DNA from: a virus
Strand: one strand, 5' to 3'
Virus record (IMG/VR): IMGVR_UViG_3300049912_000012
Location: 1 to 64,000 of that record
Length of the DNA stretch: 64,000 nt
The notes under the pieces: generated by a model
What the model was told of the DNA's origin: nothing
The model's database searches: none
What the model saw: only the letters and a program-made list of their open reading frames with translations
Translations under genes and position numbers: made by a program
In this document: positions 1 to 10,284 of the stretch, piece by piece
How the letters are laid out: each line of letters starts with the position of its first letter
Position numbering within the stretch: the first letter of the stretch is position 1

Positions 1-1080
1 TTCTGCTGTGTTAAGAGTCTCATCTAACTTTCCTACCCTATCAAAGACACTTCTCCTATACATTAAAGTTGCACTATGAATAGGATTTGTCTTCAATAAC
101 CTATCTAATGTCACATATTTGTCAGGAGATTTCCATGACTTCAATTGACCATTACTTTGCCTTAACTCAGTAGCATTGCCATGAATAAAATCTACATCTT
201 GTTCTTCTATTGCTTTTACCGAATCTTCTATACAATTAGGAGTAAGCATATCATCTTCATGTAACCACCTTATATAATCACCTGTGGCTTGATTTAAGAC
301 CTTGTTGAAATTCTCCGGCCAATTCCCTTCTTCCTGGCTTACGATGCATTGTACCCACACAGGGATACTTGCTATGGCATCTTTTAGCCATCCTCTATCA
401 ACCTTATACGGAACGATAACAGTAACACGAAGTTTAGGGCTAAAATTGACATATTCTTTGACCCAAGGAACATCTGCATCATGTATTCTTGGTTTCCCAT
501 GAAAACATACAATATCACAATTTTTAGGTAACGCCTGTAATAACTGGTTTCTTTTAGGTTTAAAGTCAACTATCATATTAGTTAATGATTGCCAATAAAC
601 AGGTGTACTTATTATATTCCTTAGATAGTTATCCATCCTATTGCCTGTCCTTCCTTTGAATGAATCCCATACTCTCTTTATAACTTCTGAATTTGCAGGA
701 AACCATGCAAGTCCTGTTGCCAACCTTCCTTTCTGCCAGAAATCTTCAAGTGCAATGAATTTAGACTGATCTATTATTATGTCAAATAGATTTTCAAGAG
801 AATTAATAATTGCAGTATCAAGGTCTACATAAAGAAATGGTCTGTATTGTTCCATCTCAGGAGAATAGAGTTGCATCCTTGCCCATGTACCAGGTAAATC
901 ATTATTAAGAGGGATAAGTTCAAAATTGCCTAAATCGTAATGTTCAGTAGCCTTGTCAAATAAACAAATAATCCTTGGCCTGCCATTTCTCCATTTAGCA
1001 TTTATATGACGTGAAATAAGTTCCACATCTCTTAACTCAAAATCCTTACCACTCCTAAGTACCAATACTATATTAACCAT
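1..1080 (-). CDS. Two-domain glycosyltransferase (N-terminal GT-A/DxD domain plus GT2 domain), runs off the window edge
   Basis: Not in the ORF track; translated by hand from ATG at 1080: MVNIVLVLRSGKDF...FLYVDLDT...VCFHGKPR, then VTVIVPY...GDYIRWLHEDD...VFDRVGKLDE (GT2 motifs). Open to position 1. Confidence 0.8.
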   Translation of the reverse strand, partial: MVNIVLVLRSGKDFELRDVELISRHINAKWRNGRPRIICLFDKATEHYDLGNFELIPLNNDLPGTWARMQLYSPEMEQYRPFLYVDLDTAIINSLENLFDIIIDQSKFIALEDFWQKGRLATGLAWFPANSEVIKRVWDSFKGRTGNRMDNYLRNIISTPVYWQSLTNMIVDFKPKRNQLLQALPKNCDIVCFHGKPRIHDADVPWVKEYVNFSPKLRVTVIVPYKVDRGWLKDAIASIPVWVQCIVSQEEGNWPENFNKVLNQATGDYIRWLHEDDMLTPNCIEDSVKAIEEQDVDFIHGNATELRQSNGQLKSWKSPDKYVTLDRLLKTNPIHSATLMYRRSVFDRVGKLDETLNTAE

Positions 1081-1702
1081 ACCATATTGCTAATATATTT
1101 TCATCCTGGCTGATTTGGATATATCCTAATTTATCCAATAAATTAGATACTGCCCTCATTCCATTTACTCCATATAATTTAGCCTTATCACCATGCCTAG
1201 TAAACCTATTTTCAGGGAAATTCCATCTTTCATACTCTATCATATCAATCTTAACTTTATTAAAATCAATGGATTTTATTATTTCTGCATCATAACCTTC
1301 TGTATCTATCTGCAAATAGTGAATATGTTCAAGAGAATATTTCTCACATAAAGCCATAAACGAAATACAGGGAGAATTAATTATATCAAAATCATTTCCC
1401 CAATCATCCATAGGAAGTAAACTATAGTGAACATCAGAGTAATTAAGTTTACCTATTCGTTTTCCTGATTTACTATATTTATTCTTAGGATGCACCAACC
1501 TTGCATTATTATCATTTGATATTATTACATTTTCAAGTATAATGTCTATTCCTTTATAATTCTCCCTTATTTTATTATTAAGTTTTGCATTAGGTTCTAC
1601 TAATATAACCTTGGTAGGATTAGCATATCTTACTATCTTATTAAAAGCATCATTGCCATTATTAGTACCAATTTGGACTAATATCTTACCTTGTTTAATC
1701 AT
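1073..1702 (-). CDS. FkbM-family methyltransferase
   Basis: VQIGTNNG, ILVEPN and LQIDTEGYD motifs. Confidence 0.85.
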   Translation of the reverse strand: MIKQGKILVQIGTNNGNDAFNKIVRYANPTKVILVEPNAKLNNKIRENYKGIDIILENVIISNDNNARLVHPKNKYSKSGKRIGKLNYSDVHYSLLPMDDWGNDFDIINSPCISFMALCEKYSLEHIHYLQIDTEGYDAEIIKSIDFNKVKIDMIEYERWNFPENRFTRHGDKAKLYGVNGMRAVSNLLDKLGYIQISQDENILAIWYG

Positions 1703-2429
1703 TAACTTTTATATAATTCTCTTTCTTGGTTTGTTTGTGAAGCAATCCATTTTTCCTGAACATTTGTGCATGTATAGGATTGTTAATATCATAAACTTTC
1801 GGATGCCATTGATGAATAACTGAAACATCATCAGCTATTATCATCTTTAGTCTTAATCGTTTTACTCGGTCTACAAAATCATCATCTTCATATCCTGTCC
1901 CCCCAGCATATCTTTCATCAAACCCTCCAAGTATTGAGAGATTTTTCTTAGTGATAGCACAACAGAAGTTATAATGAACTGGGCGATAAATAGAATGATT
2001 ATACCATCCCACATAACTCTCAACTGATTTCTGAGGTAATGTCATAAATTGATCTAATATATCAAGTATTGACATATTCTTATTTATAGAATAACAAGAC
2101 ATTGATACATAATTACTATCATTAACTGTATTTGCTACATAACTAAGCACATCATGAACATGAAAACATTCTGGATTTTGAATAATGACAATATCTCCTT
2201 TTGCTTCTTTTATCCCAATATTGAATGGGATACAGGAATTATGATACCATTTATCTTTTTGTTCAACTCTTATTACTTTTACATTTAAATCTTCTATTCT
2301 TTCTTCTTCTTTACTTGCATCATCAACAACTATAATCTCATAATCTTTATATCCTGATTTCTCAATAGATTTAAGAGTATTAATTAATAACTCCCTCCTG
2401 TTATAATATGCCATAACAATAGAGATCAT
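1695..2429 (-). CDS. GT2 glycosyltransferase
   Basis: ISIVMAYYNR, EIIVVDDAS, GGFDERY..GYEDDDF. Confidence 0.9.
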   Translation of the reverse strand: MISIVMAYYNRRELLINTLKSIEKSGYKDYEIIVVDDASKEEERIEDLNVKVIRVEQKDKWYHNSCIPFNIGIKEAKGDIVIIQNPECFHVHDVLSYVANTVNDSNYVSMSCYSINKNMSILDILDQFMTLPQKSVESYVGWYNHSIYRPVHYNFCCAITKKNLSILGGFDERYAGGTGYEDDDFVDRVKRLRLKMIIADDVSVIHQWHPKVYDINNPIHAQMFRKNGLLHKQTKKENYIKVND

Positions 2430-3250
2430 ATATATCCTTCATTTTGCAAGATAGAAGTCATGCTACATGGTTGATAATTATTACCCAAATAATCCTGTGT
2501 TAAAGGATGAGCATTAAACCAATGTAATGCTAATGTATTTTTATTATCAAGCGGAGAAAGATCATTATCTACATATAGTTGTTTTAAATTATATATTGAA
2601 TATGGATAAAATGTTTCATACTTCAAAGCCAAAATACCAGGTAATAATGACTGTATCTCTCTTAATCCATGAAATTTTTTATTTAAAAGTTCATTACCAA
2701 ATAATTGATAACTTAATCTTTTATGTATCATCCTCTGGTAATTCATCCATAAATATATGAACCTGCTATTCTTTTTAGCAATTACAACACCTATACTATG
2801 AAACCCAGTTTTAAATTGATATAAACATATTGTTGCATCAAACTTTAAAGGATTTCCAATACAATCAATATTAACTATTTCATTAATAGATTTTAACCAT
2901 AATACATCAAAATCACAATATATACCTCCAATATAATAAAGCACATTAGTTCTTAAAAGATCAGAACCCATAGATGAATGAATACCTCTTCTAATACCGT
3001 AATCAGATATGTTAATCTTCTTAATTATAACAAAAGGCATAGATTCTAATAACGGAAAATAATCTTTCCCTACATATACAGGATTAAATAAATTTACTCC
3101 CAAGTCTTCATTTTTTTGTAATGTACTATAAACTATTATCTGCCAATCAGGATTATACCTATGGAACGATAAAATGGTAAATATCATTAACTCTGGCATA
3201 GGTGATGATCCTCCCCAATAAAAATGGCAAATTTTCGGAACTGCATTCAT
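2426..3250 (-). CDS. GT32-like (Gly_transf_sug, DxD) glycosyltransferase
   Basis: PKICHFYW, SDLLR..LY..GGIYCDFDV; paralog of 3776..4633. Confidence 0.85.
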   Translation of the reverse strand: MNAVPKICHFYWGGSSPMPELMIFTILSFHRYNPDWQIIVYSTLQKNEDLGVNLFNPVYVGKDYFPLLESMPFVIIKKINISDYGIRRGIHSSMGSDLLRTNVLYYIGGIYCDFDVLWLKSINEIVNIDCIGNPLKFDATICLYQFKTGFHSIGVVIAKKNSRFIYLWMNYQRMIHKRLSYQLFGNELLNKKFHGLREIQSLLPGILALKYETFYPYSIYNLKQLYVDNDLSPLDNKNTLALHWFNAHPLTQDYLGNNYQPCSMTSILQNEGYI

Positions 3251-3798
3251 TTCTTTACAAGTATAAATGCATCATCATATCTTCCCTTGACACTTCTTAA
3301 ATCTATTAATTTCCAAGGTATTTCAAGTGCATAAAACTTCCTCCTATTCTTTTCGCAATTAAAATCCTCAATAATTATCATCCCTCCCTTATTAATTATT
3401 GGATACATCAATCTTATAATCCTTGCTTGTGTTGTAAGCAAATGCGAACCATCATCAATAACTATATCAGGAATAAAATCTTTAAAATATTCAACATTGA
3501 GTGATCGTACATCCTTTTGTTCAAATATTACCCTATTGCCTAATACAACATTACTTTCTTCAAAATCCTGTGGGTTTATATCAATAACCTTGATCTTAGC
3601 CTTGGTAAAATAATCCTCCCATAACTTAGTACTACCTCCTTTGTAATATCCTATCTCAAATATATTAATCTTCTTGTGCTGGAAAGGTTTAAATAATTTA
3701 TCATATTCAGGCAAATACGAATGATCACTTCCTTTATCCGTAGGATATTTTTTATAACCTCCTTTTTCATATAATTCAACCAAAGTCATATCCTTCAT
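3247..3798 (-). CDS. Class I SAM-dependent sugar O-methyltransferase-like protein
   Basis: TDK..HSY..Y, FEIG...GGS, DIVIDDGSH, GGMIIIED. Confidence 0.8.
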   Translation of the reverse strand: MKDMTLVELYEKGGYKKYPTDKGSDHSYLPEYDKLFKPFQHKKINIFEIGYYKGGSTKLWEDYFTKAKIKVIDINPQDFEESNVVLGNRVIFEQKDVRSLNVEYFKDFIPDIVIDDGSHLLTTQARIIRLMYPIINKGGMIIIEDFNCEKNRRKFYALEIPWKLIDLRSVKGRYDDAFILVKK

Positions 3799-4633
3799 TT
3801 TTTAATATAGTAGTCATACTGCAATCTTTATACTCATTACCATTTATGTACTGTTTACTCAAAATATTCCCATTAAACCAATGGATACACATTACATTCT
3901 TATTATCTATAGGGGTTAAATCATTCTCAATAAATAACTGTTGCATGTTAAAAGTTGAATAAGGATAAAAAGTTTCATATTTAATTGCTAATACCCTGGG
4001 ATATAAATCTATTATGCTTTCTAAAGTAGGATAAAGTTTATTAACCATCTTTGTTCCAAATGACTGGTCTCCAAAAGGTCGTTTTACTCTCTTTACTGCA
4101 TCCATCATTGACTTAATGAATAAACTTCCCTTTTCTGCAATAAGGTTAGAAACATTATGAAATCCATGAGTATAATTATAAAATGAAACTACTGCTTCAA
4201 AATCTTTGGGATTACCAATACATTCTATATTCTCAAATTCACTCATAGGTCTTAACCATATTACATCAAAATCTGAATATACTCCTCCATTTTCATAAAG
4301 AATCTCCCTCCTCCATATATCTGATACTAATACAGAATGAACTCTATACCTATTTATATCAAACTCTCTTACCTGTACATAAGGTAATTCTTCGAGCATG
4401 TAGAAATAATCTTCACCTTCATAATCCTGGTATTTCAAATTAGAGATTTCCTTATCTTTTTTTATAGGAACTTTATGAGCATTGTAAACTACTATCTTCC
4501 AACCAGGATTATACTTATGAAATGAAAGAACAGTCACCACATTAAGATAAGACATTGGTGTGCGATTCCAATATAAATAACAAACTTTAGGAATGTGGTT
4601 CATATTTTTCAGGATAATCTGTACATACTCCAT
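3776..4633 (-). CDS. GT32-like (DxD) glycosyltransferase (likely start 4603)
   Basis: IPKVCYLYW, SDIWR..ILYENGGVYSDFDV. Confidence 0.85.
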   Translation of the reverse strand: MEYVQIILKNMNHIPKVCYLYWNRTPMSYLNVVTVLSFHKYNPGWKIVVYNAHKVPIKKDKEISNLKYQDYEGEDYFYMLEELPYVQVREFDINRYRVHSVLVSDIWRREILYENGGVYSDFDVIWLRPMSEFENIECIGNPKDFEAVVSFYNYTHGFHNVSNLIAEKGSLFIKSMMDAVKRVKRPFGDQSFGTKMVNKLYPTLESIIDLYPRVLAIKYETFYPYSTFNMQQLFIENDLTPIDNKNVMCIHWFNGNILSKQYINGNEYKDCSMTTILKNEGYDFG

Positions 4634-5015
4634 AAGCCTTGCTTATATCCCAATCTTTAACTAACTCAGGCATAAAAACTATTGATTTATTATTAATTTC
4701 CAACCCAGGAGCTACCATCAAAAATCCATGAGTAGATTTTGTAATACCACTATCATGCATAAATGAATTAAATCTTTTAAATCCCGATAAAAAATTAAAA
4801 GCCTCTATATTTTTACAATGTAACCACATATGATTATTTAAAAATGAAAAATCAATTTTATATTGAGGGTAATCATGTCCAAGATAAAGTCCATGTTTAT
4901 ACCAAATATCTATTTCCACATCATATCCTTTAATTAATGTTTCCCAAATATAATCAGGATGATTTTCAAGGATATTTGGACCATGAACATTACCTCTATG
5001 TGAAATTATTAACAT
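4587..5015 (-). CDS. Short GDPD/PLC-like phosphodiesterase-domain protein
   Basis: IISHRGN...EN.P.YI...GYDVEIDIW...LGHD...WLHCKN...CTDY. Confidence 0.75.
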   Translation of the reverse strand: MLIISHRGNVHGPNILENHPDYIWETLIKGYDVEIDIWYKHGLYLGHDYPQYKIDFSFLNNHMWLHCKNIEAFNFLSGFKRFNSFMHDSGITKSTHGFLMVAPGLEINNKSIVFMPELVKDWDISKAYGVCTDYPEKYEPHS

Positions 5016-5851
5016 TGATTATTATATTTACTCCAGTACTCATATGACCTCATTACATCATAAACGTCTTTAACCTGTCCTCCATTAATAATAATTTGCC
5101 ATGCTTCAAAATTCCTGATGTCATCAGGTTTCCCAAAAGATAATACAAAATCCGTCAAGTAAGAATAAACTTTTAACTTATCTTTAATCAAAAGATTATA
5201 TACTAATGTAACATAATATTCCCCATTATAATTAATATCTTTTTCAACTAATTGTTTGAAATATTTTTTTATATATCCTCCATGTCTAAAATAATAAGTC
5301 CCTGAAGATGCATGCTCCTTGAACTTATTATTCGTATAACAACTTTTCTCTTTAATCTCTAAAACCCTATTTTGTTTATCTAGCTTTGAATATGCAAATA
5401 ATGTAGAATTAAGTGTATGCGGATGGAAATCTGTATGACTAACTATACATCCATCAACATTATAATTATCTATGTATAATTTAAAATTATTATAATCCCA
5501 TATTATAGGTGTATCACAATAAGTTACAATAACAGGTTCATCTTCATAAACAAGAGCATCAAATGCAAGGATAGTAAATACAGGACCAAGTTTATGTACC
5601 GGCATTGAAACAACATTAGCATGTTTAACCAAATTTTCTAAAATACCCCTCATCCCTGTTGTTTCAAGATGTTTATCATTACAAATAAATGTAAACTCAT
5701 CTTCATCCCTATCAAACATATCACATACATATTCTATTATATGTTTACCTCCTACCTTAATAAGAGGTTTAGGGTCTGTATATCCTTCTGCAACAAACCG
5801 TTCCCCACTACCTGCCATTGGAATTATGATGTGCATATTTTCTCCTTCCAA
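5009..5851 (-). CDS. Sugar-phosphate nucleotidyltransferase (likely start 5836)
   Basis: IIIPMAGSGERF..GY..PKPLI, EIKEK, NGEYYV. Confidence 0.85.
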   Translation of the reverse strand: MEGENMHIIIPMAGSGERFVAEGYTDPKPLIKVGGKHIIEYVCDMFDRDEDEFTFICNDKHLETTGMRGILENLVKHANVVSMPVHKLGPVFTILAFDALVYEDEPVIVTYCDTPIIWDYNNFKLYIDNYNVDGCIVSHTDFHPHTLNSTLFAYSKLDKQNRVLEIKEKSCYTNNKFKEHASSGTYYFRHGGYIKKYFKQLVEKDINYNGEYYVTLVYNLLIKDKLKVYSYLTDFVLSFGKPDDIRNFEAWQIIINGGQVKDVYDVMRSYEYWSKYNNQC

Positions 5852-6678
5852 TAACTAAATTTCAATTTCTCCATATTCCATTGCCTATCTTGGTTCTCAA
5901 TAAGCCAATTAAGCAAAAATTCTTCTGTCACTTGATCCCAATCTTCAACTAAACATATAGGTAAGTCTTCATAAAACATGTTATTCACATTCCTTCGTTC
6001 TATTGGTATTGATCCCATGTAAAGAACTTCCCAAGGTCTATGTGTCTGTACCCCATTACCTTCTGGTGATATTACAAACTTGTGATTGTAAATATAATGA
6101 AGATAAATATCAAATGAAACTATATTTTCTTCTGTTACTGCAGTTACAAAAGGTTCTTTGCCTAATATTTCATAAGGTCTTACTCTCTCTTTCGGATTAC
6201 AATAAATACGATGATCCATATAAACAAGATTAATCAATGACCTTTTCTCCTGCATTTGGGCAAGCATCTTCTTCTTCTTCTCTTTTTTTGGAAACCATCT
6301 TTCATTTTCTAATCCTGTAGGAATAGACTCTATTTTAGGATTTACAACTTTTATGTTTTGCCCATACCATTTAATAACATTACTAGGTATTTCAAATGAA
6401 CCATCAATACCTTCATCACAATTATGAGATACAAGAATAACTTTCTTGGTATCTTTAATAATGTTTAACAATTCTTGTTTATAAGAAATAAAACCTGTAC
6501 AGAATATAATATCACCATCTTCTAACTTCTCAATATCTAACGTATTTGTTCTTTTAGCATAGTCCCACTTACTCAATATTGCAGGAGCATATATATATTT
6601 ACATATATCAATAAATTTATTACCTACTATCCAATCAGGCGTATCCATTAATCTTATTTTTCCAATATCCAAAGTCAA
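5824..6678 (-). CDS. Exostosin-like (GT47-related) glycosyltransferase (likely start 6648)
   Basis: HKFVISPEGNGVQTHRPWEVLYMGSIPI. Confidence 0.7.
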   Translation of the reverse strand: MTLDIGKIRLMDTPDWIVGNKFIDICKYIYAPAILSKWDYAKRTNTLDIEKLEDGDIIFCTGFISYKQELLNIIKDTKKVILVSHNCDEGIDGSFEIPSNVIKWYGQNIKVVNPKIESIPTGLENERWFPKKEKKKKMLAQMQEKRSLINLVYMDHRIYCNPKERVRPYEILGKEPFVTAVTEENIVSFDIYLHYIYNHKFVISPEGNGVQTHRPWEVLYMGSIPIERRNVNNMFYEDLPICLVEDWDQVTEEFLLNWLIENQDRQWNMEKLKFSYWKEKICTS

Positions 6679-7549
6679 GCATTTCCATCTTCCATTGTTT
6701 ACCTTTTATCCTTGCATATTCAATCTCAAGAAATTCTTCTGTCACTTCTTCCCAGTAATTGACAAAACATATAGGAAGATCAGTATAAAACTGGTTGTTG
6801 ATATTTTTTTTCTCAATAGGAATAGAACCCATATAAAGAGTTTCCCATGTCCTATGTGTATCAACTCCATTACCTCTTGGACAAATTACAAACCTATGAT
6901 GATAAATATTATCCAAGTATTTGTCAAAATCATATCCATTCTTGCCATTTTCAATGGTAATCCAAGGTTGGTCTTTAAATATTATATATGGTGCTGTTCT
7001 TTCTTTTTCATTTGTCTTTATATTATGATTCATATAAAGCCAGTTACGTACTCCATTAGATGTTTGTAATTTAAGCATCATCTTTTCTTTTTTCCTAATC
7101 TCAGGAAACCACCGGTTGTTCTCAAGTCCTATAGGGATAGATTCTATCCTTTCATTTTTTACACAAACATTTTGACTATACCATTTAACAATATTAGGAG
7201 GCAATTTAAAGGACTCATCTATATTCGTGTCACTATTATGGCTAACAACTATAAAGTGTCTCTTATCGCTTCCTATGAGGTTAAAAAGTTGGTTTATATA
7301 TAATGTATGAGTATATATAATATCCATATCTTTAATTAAGGAAGGTTGAAGAGTATTACGAAGCCTATTATAATCTCCATTACTCCTTGAAGGAGGAGAA
7401 TAAGTAAATTTCCCTAATTCCATGAACTTTTCCCCAGTTATAAAATCAACCATGTTGTTTTCTTTTTGACCATGAAACTCCCCAATGATGAATAGCAAAT
7501 GAGAATTCCTTAATAAATTCTGTCCTGTCCACATCCTGTTTCCTAACAT
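6635..7549 (-). CDS. Exostosin-like (GT47-related) glycosyltransferase, tandem paralog (likely start 7453)
   Basis: HRFVICPRGNGVDTHRTWETLYMGSIPI; collinear similarity to 5824..6678. Confidence 0.7.
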   Translation of the reverse strand: MLGNRMWTGQNLLRNSHLLFIIGEFHGQKENNMVDFITGEKFMELGKFTYSPPSRSNGDYNRLRNTLQPSLIKDMDIIYTHTLYINQLFNLIGSDKRHFIVVSHNSDTNIDESFKLPPNIVKWYSQNVCVKNERIESIPIGLENNRWFPEIRKKEKMMLKLQTSNGVRNWLYMNHNIKTNEKERTAPYIIFKDQPWITIENGKNGYDFDKYLDNIYHHRFVICPRGNGVDTHRTWETLYMGSIPIEKKNINNQFYTDLPICFVNYWEEVTEEFLEIEYARIKGKQWKMEMLDFGYWKNKINGYA

Positions 7550-8237
7550 AATTAGGCATAGGGTAAAAATAATCAGGAGGTAATGCTAACACTCCCTTAC
7601 TATCTTTATTCACAACTCTAAAAAAATTTCTTGTGAAGAAATAAGTACCTGTTGTCTCGAATATATTTTTCCACCCTGCAGGATTTGCCTTGATCATATT
7701 TTTTATTATCAATTCCATAACAGGATGATGTGGAGTACAACCTATCAACCCAATATAAAGTTCTACCTTGGAAGGATAACCTATACCTGTTATAAAATTA
7801 GCATAAGTAAGTTCATCAAAAGATTTTAAACACTCAAAATCAGTATCTACATATATACCACCAAATTGGTTAAGAATATGATAACGTAGAAAATCAGACT
7901 TTTGCCCTAAATGAGTTATTGTATCAAATAATCTTCTTCTATAAATATAAACATCATTAATATCTTTCTCTGTCCATAACTTATATTCCCATTCAGGATT
8001 AAACTCGCTCCATGATTTAGTCATTTTCTCATACTGTCCTGGCATCTTATCCCCAAACCAAATCTGATGGATTTTCCTAGGTAATACAGAATAATCCCTA
8101 TCTTGTGTATGATTAATAAAATTATTATTATAAAGATCACGAAGAGTTGACCAATTAGGATTATTGTCAAAATCCCATTGATTAAAATTATAAGATGTTT
8201 TTATTAACTCATCGAATCCTAAGATAGAATGCATCAC
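7446..8237 (-). CDS. GT32/Och1-like glycosyltransferase
   Basis: PRKIHQIWFG, NPEWEYKLWT, KSDFLRY.IL..FGGIYVDTD. Confidence 0.88.
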   Translation of the reverse strand: MMHSILGFDELIKTSYNFNQWDFDNNPNWSTLRDLYNNNFINHTQDRDYSVLPRKIHQIWFGDKMPGQYEKMTKSWSEFNPEWEYKLWTEKDINDVYIYRRRLFDTITHLGQKSDFLRYHILNQFGGIYVDTDFECLKSFDELTYANFITGIGYPSKVELYIGLIGCTPHHPVMELIIKNMIKANPAGWKNIFETTGTYFFTRNFFRVVNKDSKGVLALPPDYFYPMPNYVRKQDVDRTEFIKEFSFAIHHWGVSWSKRKQHG

Positions 8238-8829
8238 CCCATTTATATTTGGTTATATAAGTATCCATTCTTTTAAATCCAAAACTTACAACATATTCAT
8301 CAATATCTTTCATCAAAGCACAACCTTTATAAAGTTGTTCCTCATTAACTTCTGTATAGATATAATCCAATGCTCCAAGTAAATTACCAAAACTCTTGAT
8401 CACATTTAATTCCACTCCTTGTACATCTATATTCAAAAAGTTATAATCTTTTATGTCCCTACCTGTCAAGAATAAAAAGTTATCCATTCGCATCATCTGT
8501 ATATCTTGATCTCCTATATACTTAATATCAGGACGATATTTAGAATGAGTACCAAATTCAAGTATAGATGAACTTTGTCCTTCATTACTTGCTATATGTA
8601 ACTTGGCCGTCTTTAATTCATCATGGATACCAATGTTAAATGCTGTATGATTCTCTATAAACTTTATATTCTTTCCTAATTTCTCAAATACATCAATATT
8701 AGGTTCAAACCAAAGTACAGGTGAAAATTTCTGTTGAATATACCAATCCCTTTCTGCTCCTGTATTCGCTCCTACATGAATTGCACCACGCCTATCTTTA
8801 AGATATTTCTCAAATGTTTTAAACAACAT
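8209..8829 (-). CDS. FkbM-family methyltransferase
   Basis: IHVGANTG, FEPN, NIDVQGVEL, YTEVN. Confidence 0.88.
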   Translation of the reverse strand: MLFKTFEKYLKDRRGAIHVGANTGAERDWYIQQKFSPVLWFEPNIDVFEKLGKNIKFIENHTAFNIGIHDELKTAKLHIASNEGQSSSILEFGTHSKYRPDIKYIGDQDIQMMRMDNFLFLTGRDIKDYNFLNIDVQGVELNVIKSFGNLLGALDYIYTEVNEEQLYKGCALMKDIDEYVVSFGFKRMDTYITKYKWGDAFYLRIR

Positions 8830-9583
8830 AATCAGGTATCTTAATCCATTCTTCAGGAAATCTTAACTTGTCATCTATTACCTGGTCTCCTAACCACTTA
8901 TAAGGACTTATAACTATCTTATTAGGATTATCATTAAGTATTGCAGCCCAATAACTGAATGTACTATTAGTTGTCACGTTTTGCTTACAAAGCCTCATAA
9001 GTTCAAATGCAAGATAATCTTCTATATCTACAAAAGTTATATTAGAGAAATAATCGTTGAATTTACTTTTACACCAAGAAATATCATCACTAAAAACAAA
9101 CAACTCTCCTTTTACATAACCTAATGCCCTAATATAATAATGAAATGGAAGTTCATGGAATCCTTTTTGAACCAAGTAATCTCCTCTACGTACATGAACT
9201 GAAACTGAATTTGTACTAGTAATTTTATCTCTTAATGCTAAAAATTTCTTAGTATGATATTGTTCTTTGACTACAAGTTCTTCTCTTAAACAGGGAATAA
9301 TATCTTTAAAATATGGATAATATTGCCAATAACCTACAAAGTTAAAACCATCCATCTTCAATAAACTCATATCAAATCCCCTATGTTTTTCATAGATTGT
9401 ATTTTTTATAGACTTGTGAAGATTAATCTTAGTATTAAATTTATCTAACCTATAAGGACGATGAACATTCTTACTTTTAACATACCATGATAAAGTATAA
9501 CGGGTATCATTAATATTTGCCCTGCCAAATGCATATTGAAACATCTGATTGCCTAACCCACCCATTATACGAATTACATTCAT
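8819..9583 (-). CDS. GT11 alpha-1,2-fucosyltransferase-like protein
   Basis: GGLGNQMFQYA, GYWQ, VHVRRGDY, FSDDISWC, NSTFSYWAA. Confidence 0.9.
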   Translation of the reverse strand: MNVIRIMGGLGNQMFQYAFGRANINDTRYTLSWYVKSKNVHRPYRLDKFNTKINLHKSIKNTIYEKHRGFDMSLLKMDGFNFVGYWQYYPYFKDIIPCLREELVVKEQYHTKKFLALRDKITSTNSVSVHVRRGDYLVQKGFHELPFHYYIRALGYVKGELFVFSDDISWCKSKFNDYFSNITFVDIEDYLAFELMRLCKQNVTTNSTFSYWAAILNDNPNKIVISPYKWLGDQVIDDKLRFPEEWIKIPDYVV

Positions 9584-10284
9584 GCAGTTTTTATTAATAA
9601 ATCATTAACTGAATACTTAGGAAAATCTACTATTGCTGAATCAGGCGATCCATTAAGAACTTCCACTCCCATCCTTTTTGCATCTTTAGCAATCTCTGGA
9701 AATCCTCTTAAATGTCTTACAAATGGAAGTTTCATAATCCTCTTGGCATCCATAACCTGTCCCCTACCATAAAGATTATGCCAGTGTTGCATGTTCGTAG
9801 TATCAAGTTTCATATCAAATCCAAGCAAGATAACTCTTTTAGCTCCTGCATGAATAGCTAAACTGATTGCTGCAGCACCACTATTATAATTCCATGAAAC
9901 TGAATTAGGATTATCGCTAATACCTCTTCCCTTGTGATCTCTTGGAAGATACTTAACCCAATTAAATTTTTCTATCTGGGGATGACAGCATACTTTGATA
10001 CCAGGAAATTGTGCTAATTTTTCTTTATGCTGTAAAAAAAAACCTATGTCTCCAAAAAACGCTACATCAATCCAATCACCAATTAAATAAGCTACATTTA
10101 TTCCTATGACATGTTTATCATGTATTCCTGACATATATGGAGAATAAACACTCGGAGGGGAAGTCCCATTCACAACCTGTTGCACGACAAGTTGTGGAAT
10201 ACCAAACTGTTTCGGAACAGATGGTCCTCCCCCCAATATCCAAACGTCTCCCTCTTCCCATATCTTAGGAACATTCCAAATCAT
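9580..10284 (-). CDS. Maf/MptE-like (MAF_flag10) fold protein, candidate glycosyltransferase
   Basis: VWILGGGPS, VIGIN, NSGAAAI.LA...GAKRVILLGFDM. Confidence 0.6.
   Translation of the reverse strand: MIWNVPKIWEEGDVWILGGGPSVPKQFGIPQLVVQQVVNGTSPPSVYSPYMSGIHDKHVIGINVAYLIGDWIDVAFFGDIGFFLQHKEKLAQFPGIKVCCHPQIEKFNWVKYLPRDHKGRGISDNPNSVSWNYNSGAAAISLAIHAGAKRVILLGFDMKLDTTNMQHWHNLYGRGQVMDAKRIMKLPFVRHLRGFPEIAKDAKRMGVEVLNGSPDSAIVDFPKYSVNDLLIKTA

Noticed and set aside
10034-10042. A9 tract in the Maf-like gene as a phase-variation switch
   Set aside because: The gene is in frame and such runs are expected at this AT content; no read data.
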